IMG/VR virus record: IMGVR_UViG_2778261181_000004
DNA length: 34,379 bases
Strand: one strand, 5' to 3'
Source of the DNA: a virus
Taxonomy: Duplodnaviria; Heunggongvirae; Uroviricota; Caudoviricetes
The notes under the pieces are model-generated. The model worked only from the letters and a program-made list of their open reading frames with translations, did no database searches and was not told the DNA's origin. A program made the position numbers and the translations under genes. Below are positions 16,366 to 25,500 of the stretch, one piece after another. Within the stretch, counting starts at the first letter, position 1. Each line of letters begins with the position of its first letter.

Positions 16366-16390
16366 AAACCCGCCACTGAGCGGGTTTTTT
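16366..16390 (+). terminator. Intrinsic terminator downstream of the moron
   Basis: AAACCCGC / GCGGGTTT stem, CACTGA loop, then TTTTTT. Confidence 0.7.
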
Positions 16391-16488
16391 GTACCTGTAA
16401 ACTTGGTGCAGTACAGTAAACACGCTGGTGGTCGTGAATACTGACTTTTTATCTTGCTGGCTTTTTAGACAAGAGTTATTGGTATGTC

Positions 16489-16716
16489 ATGTTAACCAGA
16501 AGGGAAAAAGACATGCTAAAACAGCAAGATATGACAGAAACCGCCGCCGCAGTCCTTCATTTCTTACCTGCTGACAAGTGGGTAACGCCACGCATGATGA
16601 CGAGAACTACCGGAGTAAGCGAAGCCCGGTGCCAGTTAATACTGACTCAGTTAGTTCTGGCGGGTCTGGCGAAGGATAACGGCGGGTACGGGAATAAATT
16701 CAGACGCTGCCAGTAA
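16489..16716 (+). CDS. Small putative DNA-binding (winged-helix-like) protein upstream of the methyltransferase
   Basis: 75-aa ORF; alternative start ATG 16513 with AAGGGA RBS; weak helix-turn-helix-like segment TRTTGVSEARCQLILTQLVLAGLA. Confidence 0.4.
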   Translation: MLTRREKDMLKQQDMTETAAAVLHFLPADKWVTPRMMTRTTGVSEARCQLILTQLVLAGLAKDNGGYGNKFRRCQ

Positions 16717-16866
16717 TGGCGGTTTCCTGCTGTGAAAATGGGCGGCTGGTGGGTGTTGGTAGCACCTGCCAGCCATTCGCTCATGCTTACTGGTCACAAG
16801 CGAACCACGGCCCACTGCTTTAGCGCAAAAGCAGAGTGAGCCTACCAGAGTTACGCTTACTGATCC

Positions 16867-17919
16867 ATGAAAAATACTGTAAAAATAAACAGTGTTGATT
16901 TAATCAACGCTGATTGCCTGCATTTTATTCAGTCCCTGCCTGATGATTCCATTGACCTGATTGTTACCGATCCGCCGTACTTCAAGGTGAAACCCAACGG
17001 TTGGGACAATCAGTGGAAAGTGGACGAAGATTACCTTAAGTGGCTGGACCACTGCCTGGCCCAGTTCTGGCGGGTGTTAAAACCTGCCGGAAGCCTTTAT
17101 CTGTTCTGTGGGCATCGCTTGGCATCTGATATTGAGATCATGATGCGTGAACGTTTCAACGTGCTTAACCATATCATCTGGGCGAAGCCGTCCGGACGTT
17201 GGAATGGGTGTAATAAAGAAAGTCTGCGCGCATATTTTCCTGCCACAGAGCGCGTTCTGTTTGCTGAACATTACCAGGGGCCATATCGCGGCAAAAGTGA
17301 CGGCTATGCAGCAAAAGAAAGGGAACTCAAACAGCACATAATGGCACCGCTGATATCGTATTTCAGGGATGCTCGTGCCGAACTGGGTATAACGGCAAAA
17401 CAAATTGCCGAAGCCACAGGTAAGAAAAATATGGTTTCCCACTGGTTTGGTGCCAGTCAGTGGCAGTTGCCGAATGAGGCTGACTATCGGAAGTTACAGG
17501 CACTGTTTTCCCGTATAGCGGCAGAGAAGTTTCAGGAACAACAACTGGAACAACCACACCACCAGCTGGTGGCATCTTATGATTCACTGAATCGCAAATA
17601 TTCTGAATTGCTGGATGAGTTTAAATCTCTCCGGCGCTATTTCTCCGTATCAGTCTCCGTGCCTTATACCGATGTCTGGATGCATAAACCCGTTCAGTTC
17701 TACCCGGGGAAACATCCGTGTGAGAAACCGGCGGATATGCTCAGGCAAATAATCAATGCCAGTAGTCGACCAGGTGATCTGGTTGCTGATTTTTTTATGG
17801 GATCCGGTTCCACAATAAAAGCAGCAATGGCGCTGGGGCGTCGGGCCTTAGGTGTTGAGCTTGAGTCAGAGCGGTTTAACCAGACAGTGACAGAGATAAA
17901 CGAGCTGGTGGGGAAATAA
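16867..17919 (+). CDS. Orphan beta-class DNA methyltransferase (N6-adenine or N4-cytosine)
   Basis: DPPY motif near the N-terminus (LIVTDPPYF) and AdoMet-binding FxGxG near the C-terminus (DFFMGSGST); no adjacent restriction endonuclease gene. Confidence 0.8.
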
Positions 17920-17925
17920 TCTGGT

Positions 17926-17950
17926 GGCCACGTCAGGTGGCCTTTTTATT
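17926..17950 (+). terminator. Intrinsic terminator between the methyltransferase and the holin
   Basis: GGCCAC / GTGGCC stem with GTCAG loop, followed by CTTTTTATTT. Confidence 0.6.
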
Positions 17951-17986
17951 TCCATTACACAGCACCCGCATCTGCGAGGTGGGGTT

Positions 17987-18202
17987 ATGAAATCCATGGA
18001 TAAGTTAACAACGGGTGTCGCCTATGGCACCTCAGCAGGTAGTGCCGGGTACTGGTTTTTACAGTTGCTCGATAAAGTCACGCCCTCACAGTGGGCGGCA
18101 ATAGGTGTGCTGGGTAGTCTGGTATTTGGCTTGCTGACGTATCTGACAAACCTTTATTTCAAGATTAAAGAAGACAAGCGTAAGGCTGCACGGGGAGAGT
18201 AA
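17987..18202 (+). CDS. Holin with dual-start motif (class II-like, 71 aa)
   Basis: Tandem starts ATG 17987 and ATG 17996 (M-K-S-M) after GAGGTGGGG RBS; TM segments; charged C-terminus [13 protein letters not shown]. Confidence 0.75.
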
Positions 18203-18206
18203 TTCA

Positions 18207-18557
18207 ATGACTCAAAACTATGAACTGATTGTGAAAGGGATCCGCAATTTTGAGAATAAAGTTACGGTAACTTTAGCATTACAGGACAAAGAACGCTTTG
18301 ACGGTGAAATTTTTGACCTGGACATCTCGCTGGACCGTGTTGAAGGTGCTGCGCTGGAGTTTTATGAGGCAGCGGCCAGAATGAGCATCAGACAGGTCTT
18401 CCTGGATGTCGCTGCCGGGTTATGTGAAGGGGATGAGCAGTCGCCGGAAAAGCGCCCCGTAATTTTAGAGGCGCAGAATGTATGGATAACCTACAAAGGA
18501 AAGCTACCGGGAAGGATTACTGGTTCTCTGAAGACTCCTCCGGAATCACAACCTTAA
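18207..18557 (+). CDS. YdfR-like (DUF1327-type) protein in the lysis cassette
   Basis: 116-aa ORF starting 5 nt after the holin stop; same position as ydfR between essQ and rrrQ in E. coli Qin; family from memory. Confidence 0.5.
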   Translation: MTQNYELIVKGIRNFENKVTVTLALQDKERFDGEIFDLDISLDRVEGAALEFYEAAARMSIRQVFLDVAAGLCEGDEQSPEKRPVILEAQNVWITYKGKLPGRITGSLKTPPESQP

Positions 18558-18620
18558 GTCACTGACCGGAACAGATAAACCTGTCCGTGGGCAGAAACCG
18601 ATAAATCCTGATAAATATCC

Positions 18621-19154
18621 ATGAACGCAAAAATCAGATACGGCCTGTCGGCTGCCGTTCTGGCACTGATTGCCGTCGGTGCGCCCGCGCCTGATATTCT
18701 CGACCAGTTTCTGGATGAAAAAGAAGGTAACCACACAACGGCATACCGCGATGGGTCCGGCATCTGGACCATCTGTCGGGGTGCCACGATGGTGGATGGA
18801 AAACCCGTTTTTCCCGGTATGAAACTGTCGAAGGAAAAATGCGACCAGGTCAACGCCATTGAGCGTGATAAGGCGCTGGCATGGGTGGAGCGCAATATTA
18901 AAGTACCACTGACCGAGCCACAAAAAGCGGGTATCGCGTCATTTTGTCCCTATAACATTGGCCCCGGTAAGTGTTTTCCGTCGACGTTTTATAAGCGGCT
19001 GAATGCTGGTGATCGTAAAGGTGCATGCGAGGCGATTCGCTGGTGGATAAAAGATGGTGGGCGCGATTGCCGCATACGTTCAAATAACTGCTATGGGCAA
19101 GTTATTCGTCGTGACCAGGAAAGCGCATTAGCCTGTTGGGGGATAGATCAGTGA
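18621..19154 (+). CDS. SAR endolysin (phage lysozyme, T4/P21-type)
   Basis: N-terminal weakly hydrophobic Ala/Gly-rich signal-anchor-release segment ([18 protein letters not shown]); catalytic E-x8-D-x5-T triad ([16 protein letters not shown]). Confidence 0.85.
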   Translation: MNAKIRYGLSAAVLALIAVGAPAPDILDQFLDEKEGNHTTAYRDGSGIWTICRGATMVDGKPVFPGMKLSKEKCDQVNAIERDKALAWVERNIKVPLTEPQKAGIASFCPYNIGPGKCFPSTFYKRLNAGDRKGACEAIRWWIKDGGRDCRIRSNNCYGQVIRRDQESALACWGIDQ

Positions 19155-19618
19155 GCAGAGTCGCCGCGATTATTTATGCTCTGGTTATCTGCATCATCGT
19201 CTGCCTGTCGTGGGCGGTCAATCATTATCGTGATAACGCCATCGCCTATAAAGAACAGCGTGATAAAAAAGTCAGTGAGCTGAAGCAGGCGACCGCCACC
19301 ATTACTGACATGCAGCAGCGCCAGCGTGCTGCTGATGCACTCGATGCTAAATACACGAAGGAGTTAGCTGATGCGAAAGCTAAAAATGATGCTCTTCGGC
19401 GCAAGCTTGATAATGGTGGTCGGGTGTTCGTCAAAGGAAAATGCCCTGTGCCATCCTCAGCCGAAACCTCCAGCGCCTCCGGTATGGGCAATGATGCCAC
19501 CGTCGAACTCTCTCCAGTTGCTGGACGAAACGTTCTCGGTATCCGGGACGGAATCATCAGAGACCAGACAGCACTGAGAACGCTTCAGGAATATATCAGG
19601 ACGCAATGCCTTCGATGA
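19151..19618 (+). CDS. Rz: i-spanin Rz
   Basis: GTG 19151 gives [34 protein letters not shown], near-identical in pattern to the lambda Rz N-terminus; overlaps the endolysin stop. Confidence 0.85.
   Translation: MSRVAAIIYALVICIIVCLSWAVNHYRDNAIAYKEQRDKKVSELKQATATITDMQQRQRAADALDAKYTKELADAKAKNDALRRKLDNGGRVFVKGKCPVPSSAETSSASGMGNDATVELSPVAGRNVLGIRDGIIRDQTALRTLQEYIRTQCLR
19371..19577 (+). CDS. Rz1: o-spanin Rz1, embedded in the +1 frame of Rz
   Basis: [21 protein letters not shown] with lipobox VVGC and proline-rich mature region, as in lambda Rz1. Confidence 0.8.
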   Translation: MRKLKMMLFGASLIMVVGCSSKENALCHPQPKPPAPPVWAMMPPSNSLQLLDETFSVSGTESSETRQH

Positions 19619-19836
19619 TAGAGATAATTTTACTCATCATCCTTCACATCTGGTTCTGTAGACAGGGTGGTGATCACTTCTGGAGTGAATCCAGATTAAA
19701 CATCTCATTGCTGATGCTTAAAGTTGAGCATTTGGCGCGCGGTAAGGGGCTGCGTTTAGATAAGAGCCAGTCATCACAAACACCAGGATTTAGCCTCGCA
19801 TTCGCGGGGCTTTTTATTGCAACAAAGGTAAAGACG

Positions 19837-20124
19837 ATGGATGAAGAATATCGTAAAGACCTGCAACTGTGGTTTGGTCTTACGCATGCGTCGTTCTGCG
19901 TGATGCCGCGAGTATTCATGGAGGCTATGCCTCCAGAATGGCAAGAGAAGATGGCTCAGTTGCTTTTTGAGTATAGCGACACGATCAAAACGGATGTCTG
20001 CGGAGTTCACAGCTGTTTTGTTACTGCCAAAGACGGCAACAACCGCTTTATGAGGATGCCAGAAGATATTCTGAACTATCGTCATCCTCGACGTGAATTC
20101 ATCGAATCATTTCTGAAGAAGTAG
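19837..20124 (+). CDS. Hypothetical protein (95 aa) between the spanin genes and cos
   Basis: ATG 19837 preceded by AAAGG; the ORF-track N-terminal extension from 19606 looks non-coding. Confidence 0.35.
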   Translation: MDEEYRKDLQLWFGLTHASFCVMPRVFMEAMPPEWQEKMAQLLFEYSDTIKTDVCGVHSCFVTAKDGNNRFMRMPEDILNYRHPRREFIESFLKK

Positions 20125-20948
20125 CCATTACAAAGCCTATCTACGGGTGGGTTTGATAATGGCTTATACCCTGCACGGGATAACTTAACTGATATCCCTT
20201 TTAACGGATAAACGGAGCCAACAATGGCAGAGAATGTCGGCATTATGGCAGTGAAATTTGGATAAATCGGGGATTAGAAAGATAGAGGCGAGCCGGTCAG
20301 GTAGAAATGAATCAGGCTCAAAGTGAAGCGGAAAAGGTCTGTGGCACAAACTGATGCTGCCATAATTACAGCCTGATGACTTGTGGAATGAAACATGTTG
20401 AACCTCCTTAATTGATGTGATTCGAGTGAGGAAGGCATTCTGTCCTTCTATAGTGTCCAGTAAATCAAACAGGAAGCTTGTCTCACGTGTGAGACAAGCC
20501 TCTCCCATCAGTGAGTTGTATTGATCTCGACTCTTCAAAGAATTCATTACTGGGTAGATGAAAATAGTTTCACGATGAATGGAGGAGGCTATGTTGGTGG
20601 CTTCTTCATTGGAGTACATATGCCCCCACGAACCCCAAAAACCTGCCGTGTTCGCGGCTACCGCAATACCACCACAGATCCGTCAGGCTATTGCAAAAGC
20701 CACAAAAGCGAAGGCTGGAAGCAATACAAGCCGGGCCAGTCCTGTCATCAGCGCGGTTATGGTTCGCGGGGTTGTCCCTCATGCTCGCCAGTCCTGTGCG
20801 GGGGTGGAAGAAACAGGACACTCACACAGATTCTTGTGGGTCGATGCTATTCCTTTCTGGATTATCCCGATGCCATTCATGCAAGGGCTGTATAAGACGT
20901 TCGTCATGGCTGTCAGGCTGACGGGTCCTCCCGGTGGGGTGGCCTGCC

Positions 20949-20968
20949 ACGGGGCGGGAGCGTCGCGG
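20949..20968. other. Candidate cosN (cohesive end site)
   Basis: ACG-GGGCGGGAGCGT-CGCGG resembles the lambda cosN neighbourhood ACG-GGGCGGCGACCT-CGCGG as I recall it; 12-mer at 20952-20963; lies 196 bp upstream of the terminase small-subunit start, close to the lambda cosN-to-Nu1 spacing. Confidence 0.5.
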
Positions 20969-21147
20969 AAAAAGGCTAGTTTTTGCATTTCCATGGCGGC
21001 GGCAGCATGTTTGGTAATTTATTGATAGTTAAAAGTTATTTCTCTTTTCACCTGTACAATATTTTTTTCTCCCTGTCATTAGACCAGTTTGCAATTAATT
21101 GAAATATATAAATAAACCTGATTTTCACCTGCCAGATGGAGTTGCTT

Positions 21148-21675
21148 ATGTCAAATGTGAGCGGGATCGGTGATGCTTATTACTGGAGTGTTTTTAAAAT
21201 CGCCGAGGCCTTTGGGCTTCACCGGGACACAGTAAAAAAACGGCTCCTCGCGGCCAACACTCCTGTGGCTGCGACTGTCAGGGGGAACCCCGTTTACGCC
21301 CTGCAGCATGTCGGGCCCGCCCTGTTTAGTGTGAAGCATGAGGCAGCAGACTCTGTTCATGATCCATCCCGTATGGAGCCGAAAGAGAGAAAGGACTGGT
21401 ACCAGTCTGAAAATGAAAGGATCAAGCTGGAAAAGGAGCAGCGAAAACTCATCCCAGTTGATGAAGTAGTCATCGTCTATTCGTCCATGAGAAAGGCTGT
21501 CGTCCAGGTTCTGGAGACAATTCCGGATGTTCTTGAACGCGATTGCGCCCTGACTCCTCAGGCCGTCGGCGTTGTACAGCAGGCCATTGATGACCTGCGA
21601 TACACTCTTCAGGAAAAATCCTACGAGGCTTGTGCTGCTGAATTAATTCCTGATGAGGAAGGAGAGAGTCTCTAG
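21148..21675 (+). CDS. Terminase small subunit (Nu1-like)
   Basis: ATG 21148 with GGAG 7 nt upstream; N-terminal HTH-like region; directly precedes the large subunit. Confidence 0.75.
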   Translation: MSNVSGIGDAYYWSVFKIAEAFGLHRDTVKKRLLAANTPVAATVRGNPVYALQHVGPALFSVKHEAADSVHDPSRMEPKERKDWYQSENERIKLEKEQRKLIPVDEVVIVYSSMRKAVVQVLETIPDVLERDCALTPQAVGVVQQAIDDLRYTLQEKSYEACAAELIPDEEGESL

Positions 21676-21683
21676 GAGGAATA

Positions 21684-23783
21684 ATGGGTTTTTCATCAGC
21701 CCGAAATTTGGGAAGGGACATATCGGCAGGATTTTCCCCACCACGTCGCATGCCGATTTCGGAGGCTGTTAAAAAATTCATGCGTGTTCCCAAGGGGGCT
21801 GGTAACTCGGTGCCATGGGATCCTGAACTGACACCCTACATCATTGAGCCCATGAACTGCCTGGCATCGCGTGAATACGATGCGGTGATTTTTGTTGGTC
21901 CTGCGCGAACAGGGAAGACCATTGGTCTGATCGATGGATGGATTGTCTATACCATCGTTTGCGATCCTTCGGACATGCTCGTTGTGCAGATGACCGAAGA
22001 TAAGGCCCGCGAGCATTCTAAAAAGCGCCTCGACAGAACGTTCAGAAGCAGTGCGGCGGTAAAGAAAAGAATGAGTCCACGTCGTAACGACAATAATGTC
22101 CATGATAAGACGTTCAGGGATGGCTCGTTCCTTAAAATTGGTTGGCCCTCGGTCAACATTATGTCGTCGTCGGATTACCGGTTTGTCGCCTTAACCGATT
22201 ACGACCGTTTTCCGGAGAATATCGATAGCGAGGGTGATGGTTTCTCCCTGGCCTCAAAACGTACCACCACATTTATGTCCGCCGGGATGACTCTGGTGGA
22301 GAGCTCGCCGGGACGTGACATCTGCGACAGCAAATGGCGACGTAAGTCGCCTCATGAAGCGCCACCGACGACTGGTATTCTTTCCCTTTACAATCGTGGT
22401 GACCGCCGCCGCTGGTACTGGCCATGTCCGCACTGCGGTGAATATTTTCAGCCAGCCATGGATACCATGACCGGCTACCGTAATGAACCGGATCCCTTTA
22501 AAGCCAGTGAGGCGGCGTATCTACTTTGCCCGCACTGCAGCGGCATTATCACTGCGGAGAAAAAGCGTGAGCTCAATAGTGCAGGAGTCTGGTTGCGTGA
22601 AGGTCAGGTCATTGATCGTAACGGCAACGTTTCCGGTGAACCGCGCCGCTCCCGTATCGCCAGTTTCTGGATGGAAGGGCCAGCTGCTGCGTATCAGACC
22701 TGGGCGCAACTGGTTTACAAATTACTGACTGCAGAACAGGAGTATGAAGCGACAGGAAGCGAAGAAACACTCAGGGCGGTTATCAATACCGACTGGGGAT
22801 TACCTTATCTTCCCCGCGCCAGCATGGAGCAACGAAAAAGTGAACTGCTTGAGCAGCGGGCAGAGCCAGTTCCTTCCCGCAGTGTGCCGGATGGCGTTAA
22901 TTTCCTTGTGGCGACAGTGGATGTGCAGGCGGGACGTCATCGCCGTTTTGTGGTTCAGGTAACGGGCTATGGCAGCCGTGGCGAACGCTGGATTATTGAT
23001 CGTTACAACATCACGCAGTCATTGCGCGGTGACAGCGACGGGGAGAGCCAGCGAATTGATCCGGCCAGCTATCCGGAAGACTGGGATGTCCTGCTGACGG
23101 ATGTTTTTCATAAAAGCTGGCCGCTGGCCTCCGATCCTTCTCAACAAATGCGACTGATGGCAATGGCGGTGGACTCCGGCGGTGAAGACGGGGTCACTGA
23201 TAATGCCTATAAATTCTGGCGTCGTTGCCGTCGTGATGGCCTTGGTAAACGTATTTACCTGTTTAAGGGCGACAGCATCCGGCGCGCAAAACTGATCACC
23301 CGTACATTCCCTGATAACACCGGACGAACGGGCCGACGGGCGCAGGCCGCAGGTGATGTACCGCTCTGGCTTCTTCAGACGGATGACCTGAAAGACCGGG
23401 TGAATAACGCGTTATGGCGTGACTCGCCAGGTCCCGGCTATGTGCATTTCCCTGACTGGCTGGGGAGCTGGTTTTACGACGAACTGACGTATGAAGAGCG
23501 GAGCAGTGACGGGAAATGGAGTAAGCCGGGTCGCGGTGCCAACGAAGCTTTTGACCTGATGGTGTATGCCGAGGCTCTGGTCATTCTGCATGGATACGAA
23601 AAGATCCGCTGGCCGGATGCACCGGAGTGGGCGAGCCGGGAAACCTGGCTGGAGTGTGTCCAGGACAGTACCGAACCGTCATCCTCACCGGAACCGGTAT
23701 CCACGCCTGTTAAAAAACAAAAACGGAAGAAAACAGTAACTGACGATGTTAACCCCTGGCTGACTTCCGGAGGATGGTTATGA
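21684..23783 (+). CDS. Terminase large subunit (lambda gpA family)
   Basis: 699 aa; Walker A-like GPARTGKT; AGGAGG RBS; size and position as lambda A. Confidence 0.85.
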   Translation: MGFSSARNLGRDISAGFSPPRRMPISEAVKKFMRVPKGAGNSVPWDPELTPYIIEPMNCLASREYDAVIFVGPARTGKTIGLIDGWIVYTIVCDPSDMLVVQMTEDKAREHSKKRLDRTFRSSAAVKKRMSPRRNDNNVHDKTFRDGSFLKIGWPSVNIMSSSDYRFVALTDYDRFPENIDSEGDGFSLASKRTTTFMSAGMTLVESSPGRDICDSKWRRKSPHEAPPTTGILSLYNRGDRRRWYWPCPHCGEYFQPAMDTMTGYRNEPDPFKASEAAYLLCPHCSGIITAEKKRELNSAGVWLREGQVIDRNGNVSGEPRRSRIASFWMEGPAAAYQTWAQLVYKLLTAEQEYEATGSEETLRAVINTDWGLPYLPRASMEQRKSELLEQRAEPVPSRSVPDGVNFLVATVDVQAGRHRRFVVQVTGYGSRGERWIIDRYNITQSLRGDSDGESQRIDPASYPEDWDVLLTDVFHKSWPLASDPSQQMRLMAMAVDSGGEDGVTDNAYKFWRRCRRDGLGKRIYLFKGDSIRRAKLITRTFPDNTGRTGRRAQAAGDVPLWLLQTDDLKDRVNNALWRDSPGPGYVHFPDWLGSWFYDELTYEERSSDGKWSKPGRGANEAFDLMVYAEALVILHGYEKIRWPDAPEWASRETWLECVQDSTEPSSSPEPVSTPVKKQKRKKTVTDDVNPWLTSGGWL

Positions 23784-23992
23784 ACCAGAATGATATCGAA
23801 GCCATGATTCAGCGTTATACGGAAGCTGAAATGGCGGTGCTGGACGGAAAATCCGTCACTTTTAATGGTCAGCAGATGACCATGGAAAACTTATCTGAGA
23901 TCCGGCAGGGGCGGCAGGAGTGGGAGCGCCGCCTTGCGGCTCTGATTACACGACGACGGGGGCATCCCGGGTACCGGCTGGCGAGGTTCTGA
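23780..23992 (+). CDS. Head-tail joining protein gpW-like
   Basis: 70-aa product ending RRRGHPGY (lambda W ends RRRGPAGF); ATG 23780 after GGAGGA; overlaps the terminase stop. Confidence 0.75.
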   Translation: MNQNDIEAMIQRYTEAEMAVLDGKSVTFNGQQMTMENLSEIRQGRQEWERRLAALITRRRGHPGYRLARF

Positions 23993-25500
23993 TGGCAATT
24001 CTTGATGATGTGATTGGCGTTTTTTCACCTGGATGGAAAGCGGCAAGGCTGCGTTCCCGTGCGGTGATCCAGGCTTATGAGGCCGTAAAAACGACGCGGA
24101 CACACAAAGCCCGGCGGGAAAACCGAACTGCCGACCAGTTAAGCCAGTACGGGGCCGTGTCGTTACGTGAGCAGGCCCGTTACCTTGATAACAACCACGA
24201 TCTGGTTATTGGTGTATTTGACAAGCTGGAAGAACGGGTGGTGGGGAAAAACGGGATTATTGTCGAGCCACATCCGGTATTACGCAATGGGGCCATTGCC
24301 CGTGACCTGGCAGCGGAGATACGCACCCGATGGAGTGAATGGTCTGTCAGTCCGGAAGTCACCGGGCAGTTCACCCGCCCGATGCTGGAACGTCTGATGC
24401 TGCGTACCTGGCTGCGCGATGGTGAGGTGTTTGCCCAGATGGTTTCCGGGCGCATAAACAGCCTGACGCCTTCTGCCGGTGTTCATTTCTGGCTGGAGGC
24501 GCTCGAGCCGGACTTTATTCCCATGACCAGTGATGAGAGCAACAGGCTGAATCAGGGCGTGTTTGTTGATGACTGGGGGCGTCCCGAAAAATATCTGGTG
24601 TATAAAAGCCGTCCCGTATCCGGACGGCAGATGGAAACCAAAGAAGTGGATGCAGAGCGAATGCTGCATCTTAAATTTGTTCGCCGTCTGCACCAGATGC
24701 GCGGGACGTCTTTGTTGTCCGGTGTGCTGATCCGCCTCAGTGCCCTGAAAGAGTATGAAGATTCTGAGCTGACTGCAGCAAGGATCGCCGCTGCTCTGGG
24801 GATGTACATCCGCAAAGGCGACGGGCAGAGCTATGAACCGGATGGTAATGGCAGCAAGGATAAGGAACGCGAGCTTACCATTCAGCCAGGCATTATTTAC
24901 GACGATCTGAAACCCGGCGAAGAAATCGGAATGGTGAAGTCGGATCGTCCCAATCCTAACCTTGAAACTTTTCGTAATGGTCAGTTGCGTGCCGTGGCGG
25001 CGGGCAGTCGTCTGAGTTTTTCCAGTACAGCGCGCAACTATAACGGCACTTACAGCGCCCAGCGTCAGGAGCTGGTTGAATCCACTGATGGCTACCTGAT
25101 CCTGCAGGACTGGTTTATTGGTGCCGTCACCCGCCCGATGTATCGTGCCTGGCTGAAACAGGCTGTGGCATCCGGTGTTATCAGACTACCCCGCGATCTT
25201 GACCGTTCTTCACTGTATACCGCGGTGTATTCCGGACCGGTGATGCCGTGGATTGACCCTGTTAAGGAGGCTGAGGCCTGGAAAATTCAGATTCGTGGTG
25301 GAGCAGCGACAGAATCAGACTGGGTACGTGCAGGTGGTCGTAATCCGGATGATGTCAAACGTCGGCGCAAGGCCGAAATTGATGAAAACCGCAAGCTGGA
25401 TCTGGTATTTGATACCGATCCGGCCAGTGATAAAGGAGGCAGCAGTGCCGCAACGAAACGACAGGAGCCGCAGCACACCGACGACCAGTCCGAAGAATAA
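23992..25500 (+). CDS. Portal protein (lambda gpB family)
   Basis: ATG 23992 overlapping the W stop (TGATG); about 500 aa; located between W and the protease-capsid gene. Confidence 0.8.
   Translation: MAILDDVIGVFSPGWKAARLRSRAVIQAYEAVKTTRTHKARRENRTADQLSQYGAVSLREQARYLDNNHDLVIGVFDKLEERVVGKNGIIVEPHPVLRNGAIARDLAAEIRTRWSEWSVSPEVTGQFTRPMLERLMLRTWLRDGEVFAQMVSGRINSLTPSAGVHFWLEALEPDFIPMTSDESNRLNQGVFVDDWGRPEKYLVYKSRPVSGRQMETKEVDAERMLHLKFVRRLHQMRGTSLLSGVLIRLSALKEYEDSELTAARIAAALGMYIRKGDGQSYEPDGNGSKDKERELTIQPGIIYDDLKPGEEIGMVKSDRPNPNLETFRNGQLRAVAAGSRLSFSSTARNYNGTYSAQRQELVESTDGYLILQDWFIGAVTRPMYRAWLKQAVASGVIRLPRDLDRSSLYTAVYSGPVMPWIDPVKEAEAWKIQIRGGAATESDWVRAGGRNPDDVKRRRKAEIDENRKLDLVFDTDPASDKGGSSAATKRQEPQHTDDQSEE

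Noticed and set aside
16237-16866. Possible tRNA or sRNA genes in the Q-to-lysis intergenic regions
   Set aside because: No GTTCRANYC T-loop or cloverleaf-compatible arrangement found by eye; only generic hairpins. A short transcript ending at the 16366-16390 terminator cannot be excluded but is unsupported.
19606-19836. N-terminal extension of the ORF starting at 19606
   Set aside because: The extension overlaps the end of Rz, is hydrophobic/low-complexity and lacks an RBS; only the part from ATG 19837 looks like a plausible gene.
20185-20619. 144-aa ORF on the - strand between the lysis genes and cos
   Set aside because: No RBS, atypical composition, spans the palindrome and apparent non-coding region; no recognisable domain.
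20579-21025. 148-aa ORF on the + strand
   Set aside because: Runs straight across the candidate cosN site (20952-20963); it contains HNH-like fragments, so it is treated as part of a possible degenerate HNH region rather than an intact gene.
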